A stretch of 64,000 bases of DNA from Bryobacterales bacterium (GTDB taxonomy: Bacteria > Acidobacteriota > Terriglobia > Bryobacterales > UBA6623): positions 2,752,001-2,816,000 of the forward strand of contig OY729428.2 of NCBI GenBank assembly GCA_963422375.2. Direction: 5' to 3'. A program made the position numbers and the translations under genes. The notes under the pieces were generated by a model. The model was not told where the DNA came from, searched no databases, and saw nothing but the letters and a program-made list of their open reading frames with translations. Positions 40,500-48,886 of the stretch are shown in pieces (positions within the stretch are counted from its first letter, which is position 1; each line of letters begins with the position of its first letter).

Positions 40500-41360
40500 C
40501 TAAGGCTCCTCGTAGAGCCGGTTGACTAGGTTGTCGAGGCAGTACTGCCCGGCGCTGTTGAGCGCTGTCTCTTCCTTGCCCTGCGCGATGTGGAGCATGA
40601 ACACCAGTAGCGCGGACATCAGCAGCGCGACGAGCGTCGTGCTGAAGGCTATCCCGAGCTTGCTCGTCATCGCGCCGAACCAAGCCTGAACGGCCGGGGC
40701 GGAGTCGAGATCCGGCAACTCGCCCGCCGCGGACAGAGCCAGCGCGATGCCGACGACTGTCCCGATGAAGCCCAGCGTCGGGATCAGCCATACCAGGTAG
40801 CGCAGCATGTTGTACTTGAGATCGATCTCGTGCTGCATGAGATCGAGGCTGGAATTGAGCAGCCCGTTCGCCTGGTCGACCGAATTGCTGATCTGGAACT
40901 GCTGGACGGTCCGAATGATCAGCCGCTGAAGGCGGTAGAAACGGGCGTCGCTGGCGCTCGTCGCATTCCGGTAGATCGGCACGAGATCCCTCCCGCGCAG
41001 CATGGTGCTGTCGTCTTCCGGGAGCAAGTCCTTGCGCAGCTGGGCGGACTCGCCAATCCCCCGGTGGAAACGGACCCAGAGCTCGCCGAGACCGAAGAAG
41101 AACAGAAGCCACATGAGATTCTGAATGGTTAGCGGATAGCGGCTGCTGGCGCGGTCCAGGAGGAGCGCGGCCATGTCGATCTCGCCCGATCCGGGCGTCG
41201 GCATCCCCAAGGCGAGCGTCAGCAGACTGATCGCCACAACGCCCGCAACCACGGCGGCAGCCGCGACAATCAGGCGATACCGCTGCTCCTCTCCTTCCAG
41301 AGGATTCAATGGTTCCCAAGCTCCTTGCCGGACGGCGCTACGAACTCTCCGGTGCGCCAT
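40500..41360 (-). CDS. MotA/TolQ/ExbB proton channel family protein
   Basis: LIPTLGFIGTVVGI and LGIAFSTTLVALL signature helices; two N-terminal hydrophobic segments. Confidence 0.88.
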   Translation of the reverse strand: MAHRRVRSAVRQGAWEPLNPLEGEEQRYRLIVAAAAVVAGVVAISLLTLALGMPTPGSGEIDMAALLLDRASSRYPLTIQNLMWLLFFFGLGELWVRFHRGIGESAQLRKDLLPEDDSTMLRGRDLVPIYRNATSASDARFYRLQRLIIRTVQQFQISNSVDQANGLLNSSLDLMQHEIDLKYNMLRYLVWLIPTLGFIGTVVGIALALSAAGELPDLDSAPAVQAWFGAMTSKLGIAFSTTLVALLMSALLVFMLHIAQGKEETALNSAGQYCLDNLVNRLYEEP

Positions 41361-41674
41361 GCCTCCTCCGGAGGCTGGTCGCGGGCTGGCGCGCCCGCAG
41401 GCAACCGGAAGCCGTTCCCGACAAGCAGACTGGCCAAGTCGGTCTCGCAGTCGCCGAACCGCACGGCAGCATTCAGATCCACGAAGCCCGCCCGGTGCTC
41501 AATCCACGATCCGTCACGCGATACCATCGTGCCGCGCCGCGATCGCCTGTCCGTGAGGTAGCAGCGGCCGTCCTCCGTCAGAGTCAGTTCCGCATGCAGC
41601 CTGCTGACCGTAGCGTCGGCAACGCGCAGGTCGGCGTTCCGGCTGCGACCGACCATGTACGTTCGAAAGCTCAT
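41306..41674 (-). CDS. Small FHA domain protein
   Basis: VGRS..ADL...TVSRLHAEL...YLTDRRSRRGT; C-terminal RTGE motif. Confidence 0.88.
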   Translation of the reverse strand: MSFRTYMVGRSRNADLRVADATVSRLHAELTLTEDGRCYLTDRRSRRGTMVSRDGSWIEHRAGFVDLNAAVRFGDCETDLASLLVGNGFRLPAGAPARDQPPEEAWRTGEFVAPSGKELGNH

Positions 41675-41966
41675 TCACCGAACCCCGTTCCGTTCCGCCC
41701 GGTGCAAGCCGCCGGACCCCGCCGCTGCGAACGCCGGGCAACGGCGCGGCATCGCGCCGTCGGCCCGCGGACGCGACTCGACTTGAATCGCGGCATGGCC
41801 ACAATGTAGCAGTCTCGACCGGCGTTACCGCAGTGGGCGCATGGCACGGAGCACGTCTCCAAGCCTTGGGATAGACGCGCACCTGGCCCAGCCGGTTTCC
41901 CCGGCCGGGCGGCAGGGCGGGCCGGGCACCGAACCGGCGGAGCGCGCGGCGCGACGGCACCGCTAG

Positions 41967-43923
41967 CCCGCATTATTCACGAATGCGGCGCAGGCCCATG
42001 GTCCGGTTTCCGGACCCTCGATGGCCGCCCAATCTGCTTCCGAAACGCCTGCGGGCGGGGAATGCGGGGCTTGCGGGGCGTCTCGCGAGCGGCCTGCGGG
42101 CCGCGGACACCTCCTCGGCGGCACCCGCCCGGAGGGCAGGCACGGTTTCCCCCGGCGGCGCCCGGCGCCTGCCGACACTCTCCGGATTGACCCGGCCCGG
42201 CGTCATATCGGCACGGCCCCCAAGCCCCGCGCCACCACCACCCGGGCGTCCCGGAACGGTGCCGTCCGCGGCACTCGCAGCACGATCCGCTTCGCCGTGG
42301 CCGCGACCCGCGCTCCCGGCTTCGGCAGGCCGAGGCGCAACCCGTCCGCCCGGCGCTTCCGCAGCGGCGTGTCCCGCGCCTGCCAGCGCAGTTCCTGCAT
42401 GATCACGCAGGCCGCCGCCGCGAGCGGCACGCGGAACCGGTTCGCCGCGAAGCTCGAGCAGCTGGCGCGGTCCATCCGCATCCCGTGCTCGAGCTCCTTG
42501 ACGCGGTTCTCCACGTCCCCGCGCAGGCAGTGGATCCGCTCGCAGAGGCGCTGCGGGCTGCCGCCCGCGTTGGTCACCGCGTAGCGCGGGTTCCACTGCG
42601 GGGCGCGCCCGGGAAACTCGCTCGCGTCCGCCTTGACGATCACCCGCCGCGCCCGCGACCGGCGGCCCGCCCGCTAGACGAACTGCCCGTGCAGCGGGCC
42701 CGGGTTCTTGCCCGCGTCCTCCGCGCCCGGCCGGCCCCCCTGCGTGCCGGCTCCCAGCCGCGCGTACTTCGCCCGCAACTGCTCCAGCCGGGACGGCGGG
42801 TCCCCCGCGGCCGCCGCTGCCCCGCCGGGGTCCGTGCCCGGGGTGCCGCCGGGCGTGCGCCGCGCCTCGACGGCCGCCCGCAACGGGGCCGCGCGCCGCT
42901 CCGGCACCGCGTTCTTCTGCAGGCACGCCACGTACTCCAGGCCCTCGCGCTCGCCATAGGCCGGCAGCTCGTCCCCTTGGAAGCCCGCGTCCAGGCGCAG
43001 GCGCAGCGTCGCCCGCGCGAAGAATTCCCGCAGCAGCGGCAGCAAGCGCTCCAGCAGCGGCAGCAAGCCCTCCGCGGCCGCCGCCGTGCCCGAGCGCAGC
43101 AGCGCCGCCACGAGATGCCGCTCGCGCTCGTCGTCGAAGCGCACCGCGCCCACCAGCGGCAAGTAGCAATGCGTGTCGCAGGAGCCGTTGAACAGCGCCA
43201 GCTGCCGGCCCCCGTGCGTCGGCTCGCAGGCCGGGTCGAAGTCCAGCTCGGCGATCCTCGTCTCGGGGCGCCGGTCGTGCCGGCGCCGCACGACGCAGCG
43301 GGCCGGCACCGCGGACAGCGCGCTCGGCGCGTCCGCGGTGCCGGCGTTCTCGAAGCGCGACAGGGTGGGCCGGGACGGCAGGTCGCGACCCTGCCAGGGG
43401 TCGCGCCCGAGCGGCAGCTTGAACACGGGGTCGCCGCCGAGGCGCCCGGCGTCGTGGCAGTCCTCCTAGCCGCGGGCGAGGCCGTGGATGCGCTGGCGGA
43501 GCATGTCCGCGAGGGAGTGGAGCACCTTGGAGTCCTTGGAGGGCTGGCGCCGGTCGCGCAGGCAGTCGGCGAACGCCGCGGTGAGGCCGGGAGCGCGGTC
43601 GGCGGCCTCGACCGGGACAGCGCCGCCGTCGGAGCTGCTGCGCTCGTGATCGCAGCGGACGGCGACGGGGCGACGGCGCGGATTGCGGAACGGAACGCCT
43701 TGGGAGCCTGCGGATGCGACCATGCATTCATTATAACCTACCGGATGAAAACCATTTCAGCGTATAAACTTGGATCTCGATCGGACCGGGCCGGGGCTGC
43801 CGCCGGGGATCGCAGGGCACTCCTAGGAGTGAGGGAGTGAGGATCGCGCTGGACCGGGGGCCCTCACGGCCCGGGCGGAGGGACCGGACTATGGCCCTCC
43901 GGGCTACTCATGAATTATCCGGG
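41967..43923 (-). mobile_element. IS1380-family insertion sequence (1957 bp) with terminal IRs and CTAG target duplication
   Basis: Left end CCCGCATTATTCACGAA; right end reverse complement CCCGGATAATTCATGAG. CTAG flanks both ends (41963-41966 and 43924-43927). Confidence 0.88.
42203..43723 (-). pseudogene. IS1380 transposase (DDE_Tnp_1_4-like), interrupted by two in-frame TAG codons
   Basis: SSDGG, HSLADMLRQRI, G*ED, PTLSRFEN, LDFD, RLDAGF, RGDVENRVKE and FAANRFR. The three ORF pieces share one frame; TAG at 43466-43468 and 42674-42676. Confidence 0.88.
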
Positions 43924-44087
43924 CTAGCAGTCGACTGCAAGATCGGCTTGGGGCGGGTCGGATTCCTCGCCCGCCAGCGGGGGGAATCGGAGTCCCTCGC
44001 GGTAGCGGGAGGAACCGCCCGATCGCATCAAGGTCGTACTATGTTGTTTCGTCGAGCGTCCGTTCGGCCGCTCGCTGCGCTCGTCGG

Positions 44088-45086
44088 ATGGAAAGAGACG
44101 CCGTGGGCGGGGACAGCGCAGAGTCCGAACGCGCTGGCACTTGCCGAGGCCAGGCCGACACCGAGAAATTGTCAGGCGACATGCACGCATCGCTAATCGC
44201 GGCATCGAACGCCCCGTCCCGCTTCCGTTGGCGGGTCCGGGCAGCGAGGTTGCTGCAGCGGCAGTCGCGCGAGAGGCGCGCAGCCCTGCAGGCGAGCCCT
44301 CCCGCAAGGGGACGGGAAGCCGAGTCGCCTGCGATTCGGCAGTTCCGGGCTCGGGTAACGCAGAGTCCGCCGACGCGGCTCGAGACGAGCGGCGACCGGT
44401 CCTCGAGAGAGCGCACCGAGCCCGCGGGCAGCGATCCGAGAAGTTGCTCCGGATGGTTGGCGGGCCAGCCGGAGAGACACCCGGAGCGCATCGCTGCCGG
44501 CACGCAGCGACCCGAGCGCCGCCGTTCCGGACAGATGCTTGGCTCTGCCTGGGCCTGGCTTGCGCTGTGGGACTGGAACCAGGTCTCGTGGTGGATTCTG
44601 GCCGCGCTCGTGCTGGGCGGTGTCGCTTGCCTGTTAGCCCTGCTGCGCCCCGGGGAGCGACGAGGCCGGCCCTCAGAAGTGCAGGGCGCGCCTCGGCAAC
44701 CCGGCTGGCCGCAGTCCGAAGAGCCCGACGGCCTCGATGCCGGCAGATCGGTGCCCCACCGAATGGGATCGAGATCATCGGTCGGCGCCTTGGTGGCCGA
44801 AGCGCGCTCCAATGCGATCCCATTGGACCCGGCCGTGCTCTCCTCCGCCGAGGGACTAGTTATCGGGCGGGCACGGTCCGTGTGCCACGTTGAGATCTGG
44901 GACGCCCAAGTGTCGCGCCGTCACGCTAGGCTGCGGCTGGTCAACGGCTCTGTCATGATCGAAGATCTCAATTCGACGGCAGGCACGCGAGTCGCCGGAC
45001 GTCGACTCGAGCCGTTCCGACCGGTCGCCCTCCAGCCGGGAGAGCCTGTGCAAATCGGGGACTCCCTGTTTCGCTTCGAAGCTTGA
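44088..45086 (+). CDS. Membrane-anchored FHA domain protein (N-terminus possibly degenerate)
   Basis: WWILAALVLGGVACLLALL TM; LVIGRA..VSRRHA..IEDLNSTAGT FHA resembling the 37340 FHA. Start uncertain. Confidence 0.7.
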   Translation: MERDAVGGDSAESERAGTCRGQADTEKLSGDMHASLIAASNAPSRFRWRVRAARLLQRQSRERRAALQASPPARGREAESPAIRQFRARVTQSPPTRLETSGDRSSRERTEPAGSDPRSCSGWLAGQPERHPERIAAGTQRPERRRSGQMLGSAWAWLALWDWNQVSWWILAALVLGGVACLLALLRPGERRGRPSEVQGAPRQPGWPQSEEPDGLDAGRSVPHRMGSRSSVGALVAEARSNAIPLDPAVLSSAEGLVIGRARSVCHVEIWDAQVSRRHARLRLVNGSVMIEDLNSTAGTRVAGRRLEPFRPVALQPGEPVQIGDSLFRFEA

Positions 45087-45314
45087 CAGCCCGACGGCAA
45101 CCCGGGCGTGCTGGGTACGCAACCGCCGTGCTCGCGCGCAATCACTCCACAGCGCACCGCGAGAGACGAGGGACACGCTCTCATTGGGCGCGACGGCCGG
45201 GCGATGGCCGCCGCACGGGCCGCTACCGGAATCTCTGCGACGAAGCAATCAGCGGGAGCGCCGAATTGCCAGACATTCAGCGCTCCGCACGCGACAACCT
45301 GCGTCAGACCTTGC

Positions 45315-45350
45315 TTCCACCGGGGGATTGGCGAGTCCGCCCAGCTGCGC
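45315..45350 (+). repeat. 36-bp exact inverted copy of motA-like coding sequence 41034-41069
   Basis: TTCCACCGGGGGATTGGCGAGTCCGCCCAGCTGCGC equals the reverse complement of 41034-41069. Confidence 0.93.
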
Positions 45351-45355
45351 CAAGG

Positions 45356-46006
45356 CTACCGGCGAGGCTCCAACGCCACCTCCACCTGTGGAGTGTCCCG
45401 GCGCGAGGCTAGGAGCCTTTGCCCGAAGTCGTCCAGCTTGGCGCTGAGATCCTTGAACCCGTCCGTCATCCGCTCGTCCATGCGGTCCATCCGGGCTGTA
45501 TGGCGCTCGTCCATCCGGTCCATGCTGTCCTCGACGCGATCAATCCGCTCCCCGAAGTGACGAACGTTGTCCTCTAGGCTGCCGACGCCCCGCTCTAGGC
45601 TGCCGACACGGACTTCGACGGCCTCGATGCGGGAGCCTAGGTTCGCTTCCGTCCGATCGATGCGAGCGGTCACCCGCTCTTCGGACGACTCAATTGACGA
45701 GTCGATTCGCTCGACCAGCCGCGCCTCTGACTTCTCGATCTGGGCGAGCAGCTCCGCGAACTGGTCGTTGCGGAGGCTCGAGAACCCGACGTAGAGACCT
45801 CCGGCGGCGACCAGCAGCATGAGCACTTCCCTTCCGCTAGGGGTCATGTGCCACCACTTCCCGCCGTGCGCCGGGCTCGCTACCGAGCCGTCCCTCGCCA
45901 TGCTATCACGTTGCATCATGCGCTGTACCTCCTCAAGTCGCACTGTCTGAGTGTTCGGGCTGTCGAACCCTCCTCCCGATCTGGACGCATGCATAGGATG
46001 CACCAT
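45356..46006 (-). CDS. TM-anchored coiled-coil protein with heptad repeats (DUF1640/CCDC90-like)
   Basis: VLMLLVAAGGLYVGF TM followed by RID/RIE/RMD heptads; 15-bp repeat with 21-bp period at 45572 and 45593. Start uncertain. Confidence 0.6.
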   Translation of the reverse strand: MVHPMHASRSGGGFDSPNTQTVRLEEVQRMMQRDSMARDGSVASPAHGGKWWHMTPSGREVLMLLVAAGGLYVGFSSLRNDQFAELLAQIEKSEARLVERIDSSIESSEERVTARIDRTEANLGSRIEAVEVRVGSLERGVGSLEDNVRHFGERIDRVEDSMDRMDERHTARMDRMDERMTDGFKDLSAKLDDFGQRLLASRRDTPQVEVALEPRR

Positions 46007-46697
46007 CCTATTCGTTTGATATTCTTGTCCTACACGTTTTCAGTCGAACTGTCAAGGATGAACAAGAAGGATCTGTCCCAAGCATCGACTCCGTGCTAGC
46101 GGCCGACCCGCCGGGCCAAGCTCCAGTCGGGACGCTTGCTGTCCGCTCGGTACGACCCGCTGGAGCGCCGCAACCATCCGATGAGCCTTTCGCGCGCGGT
46201 GGCGGCGGCTTGGAACGGGGCGGCGACAACGGCTCAAATCCGGGGCCGGATCGAAGGAAAACGAGCTGTGGCGCCCGACCGCCTAGCGCGGGCGCGGAGC
46301 CATCCGCAATCGCGGCCCCCGCAGCCTGCGGGCCTGCCCGGTCGATCGTGTCATCAACGGCGAGCCAGCAGTCGCTACCGGGGGCGAGCGGCCGCGAGCG
46401 ATGCCGGGCCTCTCGGGACGCCGTTCGCGTCGACTCCGACGGGTTGGACGCGGTCACCCGAATCAAGTGCCGTGATAGCAAGGTTCGCGCCCTCCGACGG
46501 CCCTGCCGGATGCTCCCCTTGTCTAGACTGCCTGCTAGCTCTTGCTTGGCTCCTCAGCCGGACCGAGACCGAGCCTTCCGTCCGGCATTCGGTTCCCGCC
46601 AAGGACCGGAGGCCACGGTGGGAATCGGTCGACTGAGTCCGTCGCCAAGCGCTTGCGGCTGGGCGTGCCGAGGCGACTAGCGGTTGCGGAATCCCGA

Positions 46698-46721
46698 CGG
46701 AAACCCTCGGAAACCCTCGGA
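46698..46721 (+). repeat. 10-bp tandem direct repeat (CGGAAACCCT x2 + CGGA) upstream of the kinase gene
   Basis: Read directly; lies just upstream of TAAACT (46729-46734). Confidence 0.8.
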
Positions 46722-46743
46722 GTTTGGCTAAACTGGCCGCAGA

Positions 46744-48819
46744 GTGCCAGTCCGGTCCGAGTTTCCGAGCGGCCCGGAGAATTCCGATGGCAGCGCCGAG
46801 CGACGCGACGCCCTGAAGCCGGGCACCCGTCTCGAGGGCTACGAGGTCGAAGAGACCATAGGCTCGGGCGGATTCGGGATCGTCTACCGAGCGCGCCACG
46901 AAGCGCTCGCCAGCGTGGTCGCCATCAAGGAGTATATCCCGGCCGAGCTCGCGGTTCGCGAGGGTGACGCGGTGCGCCCGCGCAGCGAGGACTGCACGGG
47001 GCCCTTTGCGGAAGGAATGCGCCGGTTCGAGGACGAGGCTAAGAGACTTGACGAACTCAAGCGCCACCCCGCAATCGTCGGATGCCGGGGGTTCTTCAAG
47101 TCCAACGGCACGGCCTACCTGGTAATGGATTACGTGGACGGCAAGCCCCTGTCGCTACTGCTGCGGGACCGGGAAAAGGCGGGCCAGCCGTTTACGTACG
47201 AGGACTTGCTTGCGGTGATGGAGCCGCTGCTGGATGGCGTGGCGTGGCTGCACGGGGCCGACATGCTGCACCGAGACATCAAGCCCTCCAACATCCTGAT
47301 CCGGCGATCGGACGAGCAGCCGGTACTCATCGACTTCGGCGCCGCCAAGCAAGGCGTGGCCGAGCGGACCAACTCCAGCGCCCCTTTCACCGAGGGATAC
47401 GCAGCGCCGGAGCAGATGGCCGACGGGTGCCTCAGGCCGTGGACCGACATCTACGGGCTGGGGGCCACGATGTGGCGCATGGTCGCCGGCGCGAATGTCG
47501 GCCCCGACGAGGAGCGACCGCGACCGGCGAGCGCCGACAAGAGGCAGTACGCAGTTTTTCGCGGCCAGAGCGACCCGCTCCGCTCGGCTCGCTGGCTCGG
47601 CGCAGGGAAGTTCCCCCCGCACGTCCTGAACGCCATCGACCGATGCATGACCCTCGACGAGTCACGGCGCTGGAGCAACTGTTCCGCCCTCGGGAGGGAA
47701 CTGGCCGGACGCGGAGTGCCGGTCGTCGAGCGCGAACGTCAAGCGCCCCGACCGCCCCCCGTGCGTCCCGACGCGGCATCGGCGGCTAGGGGGCAGATAC
47801 TCGGCAGCGTGCTGAGCATCCTAGCGGCCGGCATCGCTGCCGGGGCCCTGCTGCTGGCGCTCCTTGACCTGACCATCGACCGAGAGCCCGGCGCGTCCGC
47901 TCCCCCGCCCGCATCCTTCCGGATCGAGGCGATCCCTCCCGATGCGAGCGTGGAGTTCGAGGGCGCGGACACTCCGTATCGCGCGGGCATGACACTCGAG
48001 GCCGGCACATACCAAGTCCGGGTGAGCGCGCCCGGGTACGAGCCCGACTCACGCGTGATCGCGCACGGCGAGGGCCCGACCAGCGAGAGAATCGAGCTCA
48101 AGAAAAGGGCCCTTGGCGCGCCCCGCCGGCCATCCCCGCAACAGCCCGCGAAGGGGCCGAAGACCTCCGCCGGGACGGAACGGGAGCCGAACAAGCGGAT
48201 CTACTCGTCCGCCGAGGTGACGCGGGTTCCGCGCGTGCGGCACCAAGTCGATGCCGACTACTCGGATATTGCACGCCGGGCCAGGCACCAAGGCACGGTT
48301 GTCCTGGCTATCGAAATCTGGCAAGACGGCTCCCCGCACAATGTTCGAGTGACTCGGAGCTTGGGCCTGGGCCTCGACGAGAAGGCGATCGAGGCCGTCC
48401 AAGCCTGGCGCTTCGATCCCGCCCTAAAGGACGGCGTCGCGGTGCGCTGCACTGCAGAAGTCGAGGTGAACTTCAGGCTCCCGCCCGCCGGCCCGGCAGG
48501 CGGGCAAGGCGGCGCCCAGACATCCGCGCCGGGACATCCACCGGTCCTCGGGGCCACGCCGCCCGAGCTGCTATCCAAGGTCGAGCCCGCGTACACCGAC
48601 CAGGCGAAGACAGCGCAACTTCAAGGGACGGTGATCCTGGAATTCGAGGTCTGGGAGGACGGGGAGGCGCACAGCATCCGCGTCGCGGAGGGCCTGGGCA
48701 TGGGGCTGGACGAGAACGCGATCGAAGCAGTCGGCCAGTGGAAGTTCGCGCCGGCTACAAAGGACGGCGTACCGGTGAGGGTGGCAGCCAAGGCGATGGT
48801 CAGCTTCCGCCTGCTTTAG
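46744..48819 (+). CDS. Hanks-type Ser/Thr kinase - TM - PEGA-like - two TonB C-terminal domains
   Basis: IGSGGFGIVY, VAIKEY, HRDIKPSN, DFG, YAAPEQ, TDIYGLG; TM; two copies of Y..A....QGTV.L...W.DG.......LG.GLDE.AIEAV..W.F.PA.KDG..V. Confidence 0.9.
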   Translation: MPVRSEFPSGPENSDGSAERRDALKPGTRLEGYEVEETIGSGGFGIVYRARHEALASVVAIKEYIPAELAVREGDAVRPRSEDCTGPFAEGMRRFEDEAKRLDELKRHPAIVGCRGFFKSNGTAYLVMDYVDGKPLSLLLRDREKAGQPFTYEDLLAVMEPLLDGVAWLHGADMLHRDIKPSNILIRRSDEQPVLIDFGAAKQGVAERTNSSAPFTEGYAAPEQMADGCLRPWTDIYGLGATMWRMVAGANVGPDEERPRPASADKRQYAVFRGQSDPLRSARWLGAGKFPPHVLNAIDRCMTLDESRRWSNCSALGRELAGRGVPVVERERQAPRPPPVRPDAASAARGQILGSVLSILAAGIAAGALLLALLDLTIDREPGASAPPPASFRIEAIPPDASVEFEGADTPYRAGMTLEAGTYQVRVSAPGYEPDSRVIAHGEGPTSERIELKKRALGAPRRPSPQQPAKGPKTSAGTEREPNKRIYSSAEVTRVPRVRHQVDADYSDIARRARHQGTVVLAIEIWQDGSPHNVRVTRSLGLGLDEKAIEAVQAWRFDPALKDGVAVRCTAEVEVNFRLPPAGPAGGQGGAQTSAPGHPPVLGATPPELLSKVEPAYTDQAKTAQLQGTVILEFEVWEDGEAHSIRVAEGLGMGLDENAIEAVGQWKFAPATKDGVPVRVAAKAMVSFRLL

Positions 48820-48886
48820 CGGCTCCGCCGCTCGGACGGCCGAAGCAACCGATTCCCGATGAGAGGCGGCCGGCCGAGCTCTCGGA

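Noticed and set aside
10658..41360. ZorD-like remnant and MotA-like gene as one Zorya system
   Set aside because: They are about 30 kb apart; the MotA-like protein lacks the long ZorA tail, and no ZorB (OmpA/MotB) or ZorC is present.
37340..41674. Type VI secretion accessory cluster
   Set aside because: No tss, vgrG or hcp genes in the window; cannot be excluded elsewhere in the genome.
45280..45390. 36-bp motA match as a self-targeting CRISPR spacer
   Set aside because: No flanking direct repeats, no array and no cas genes.
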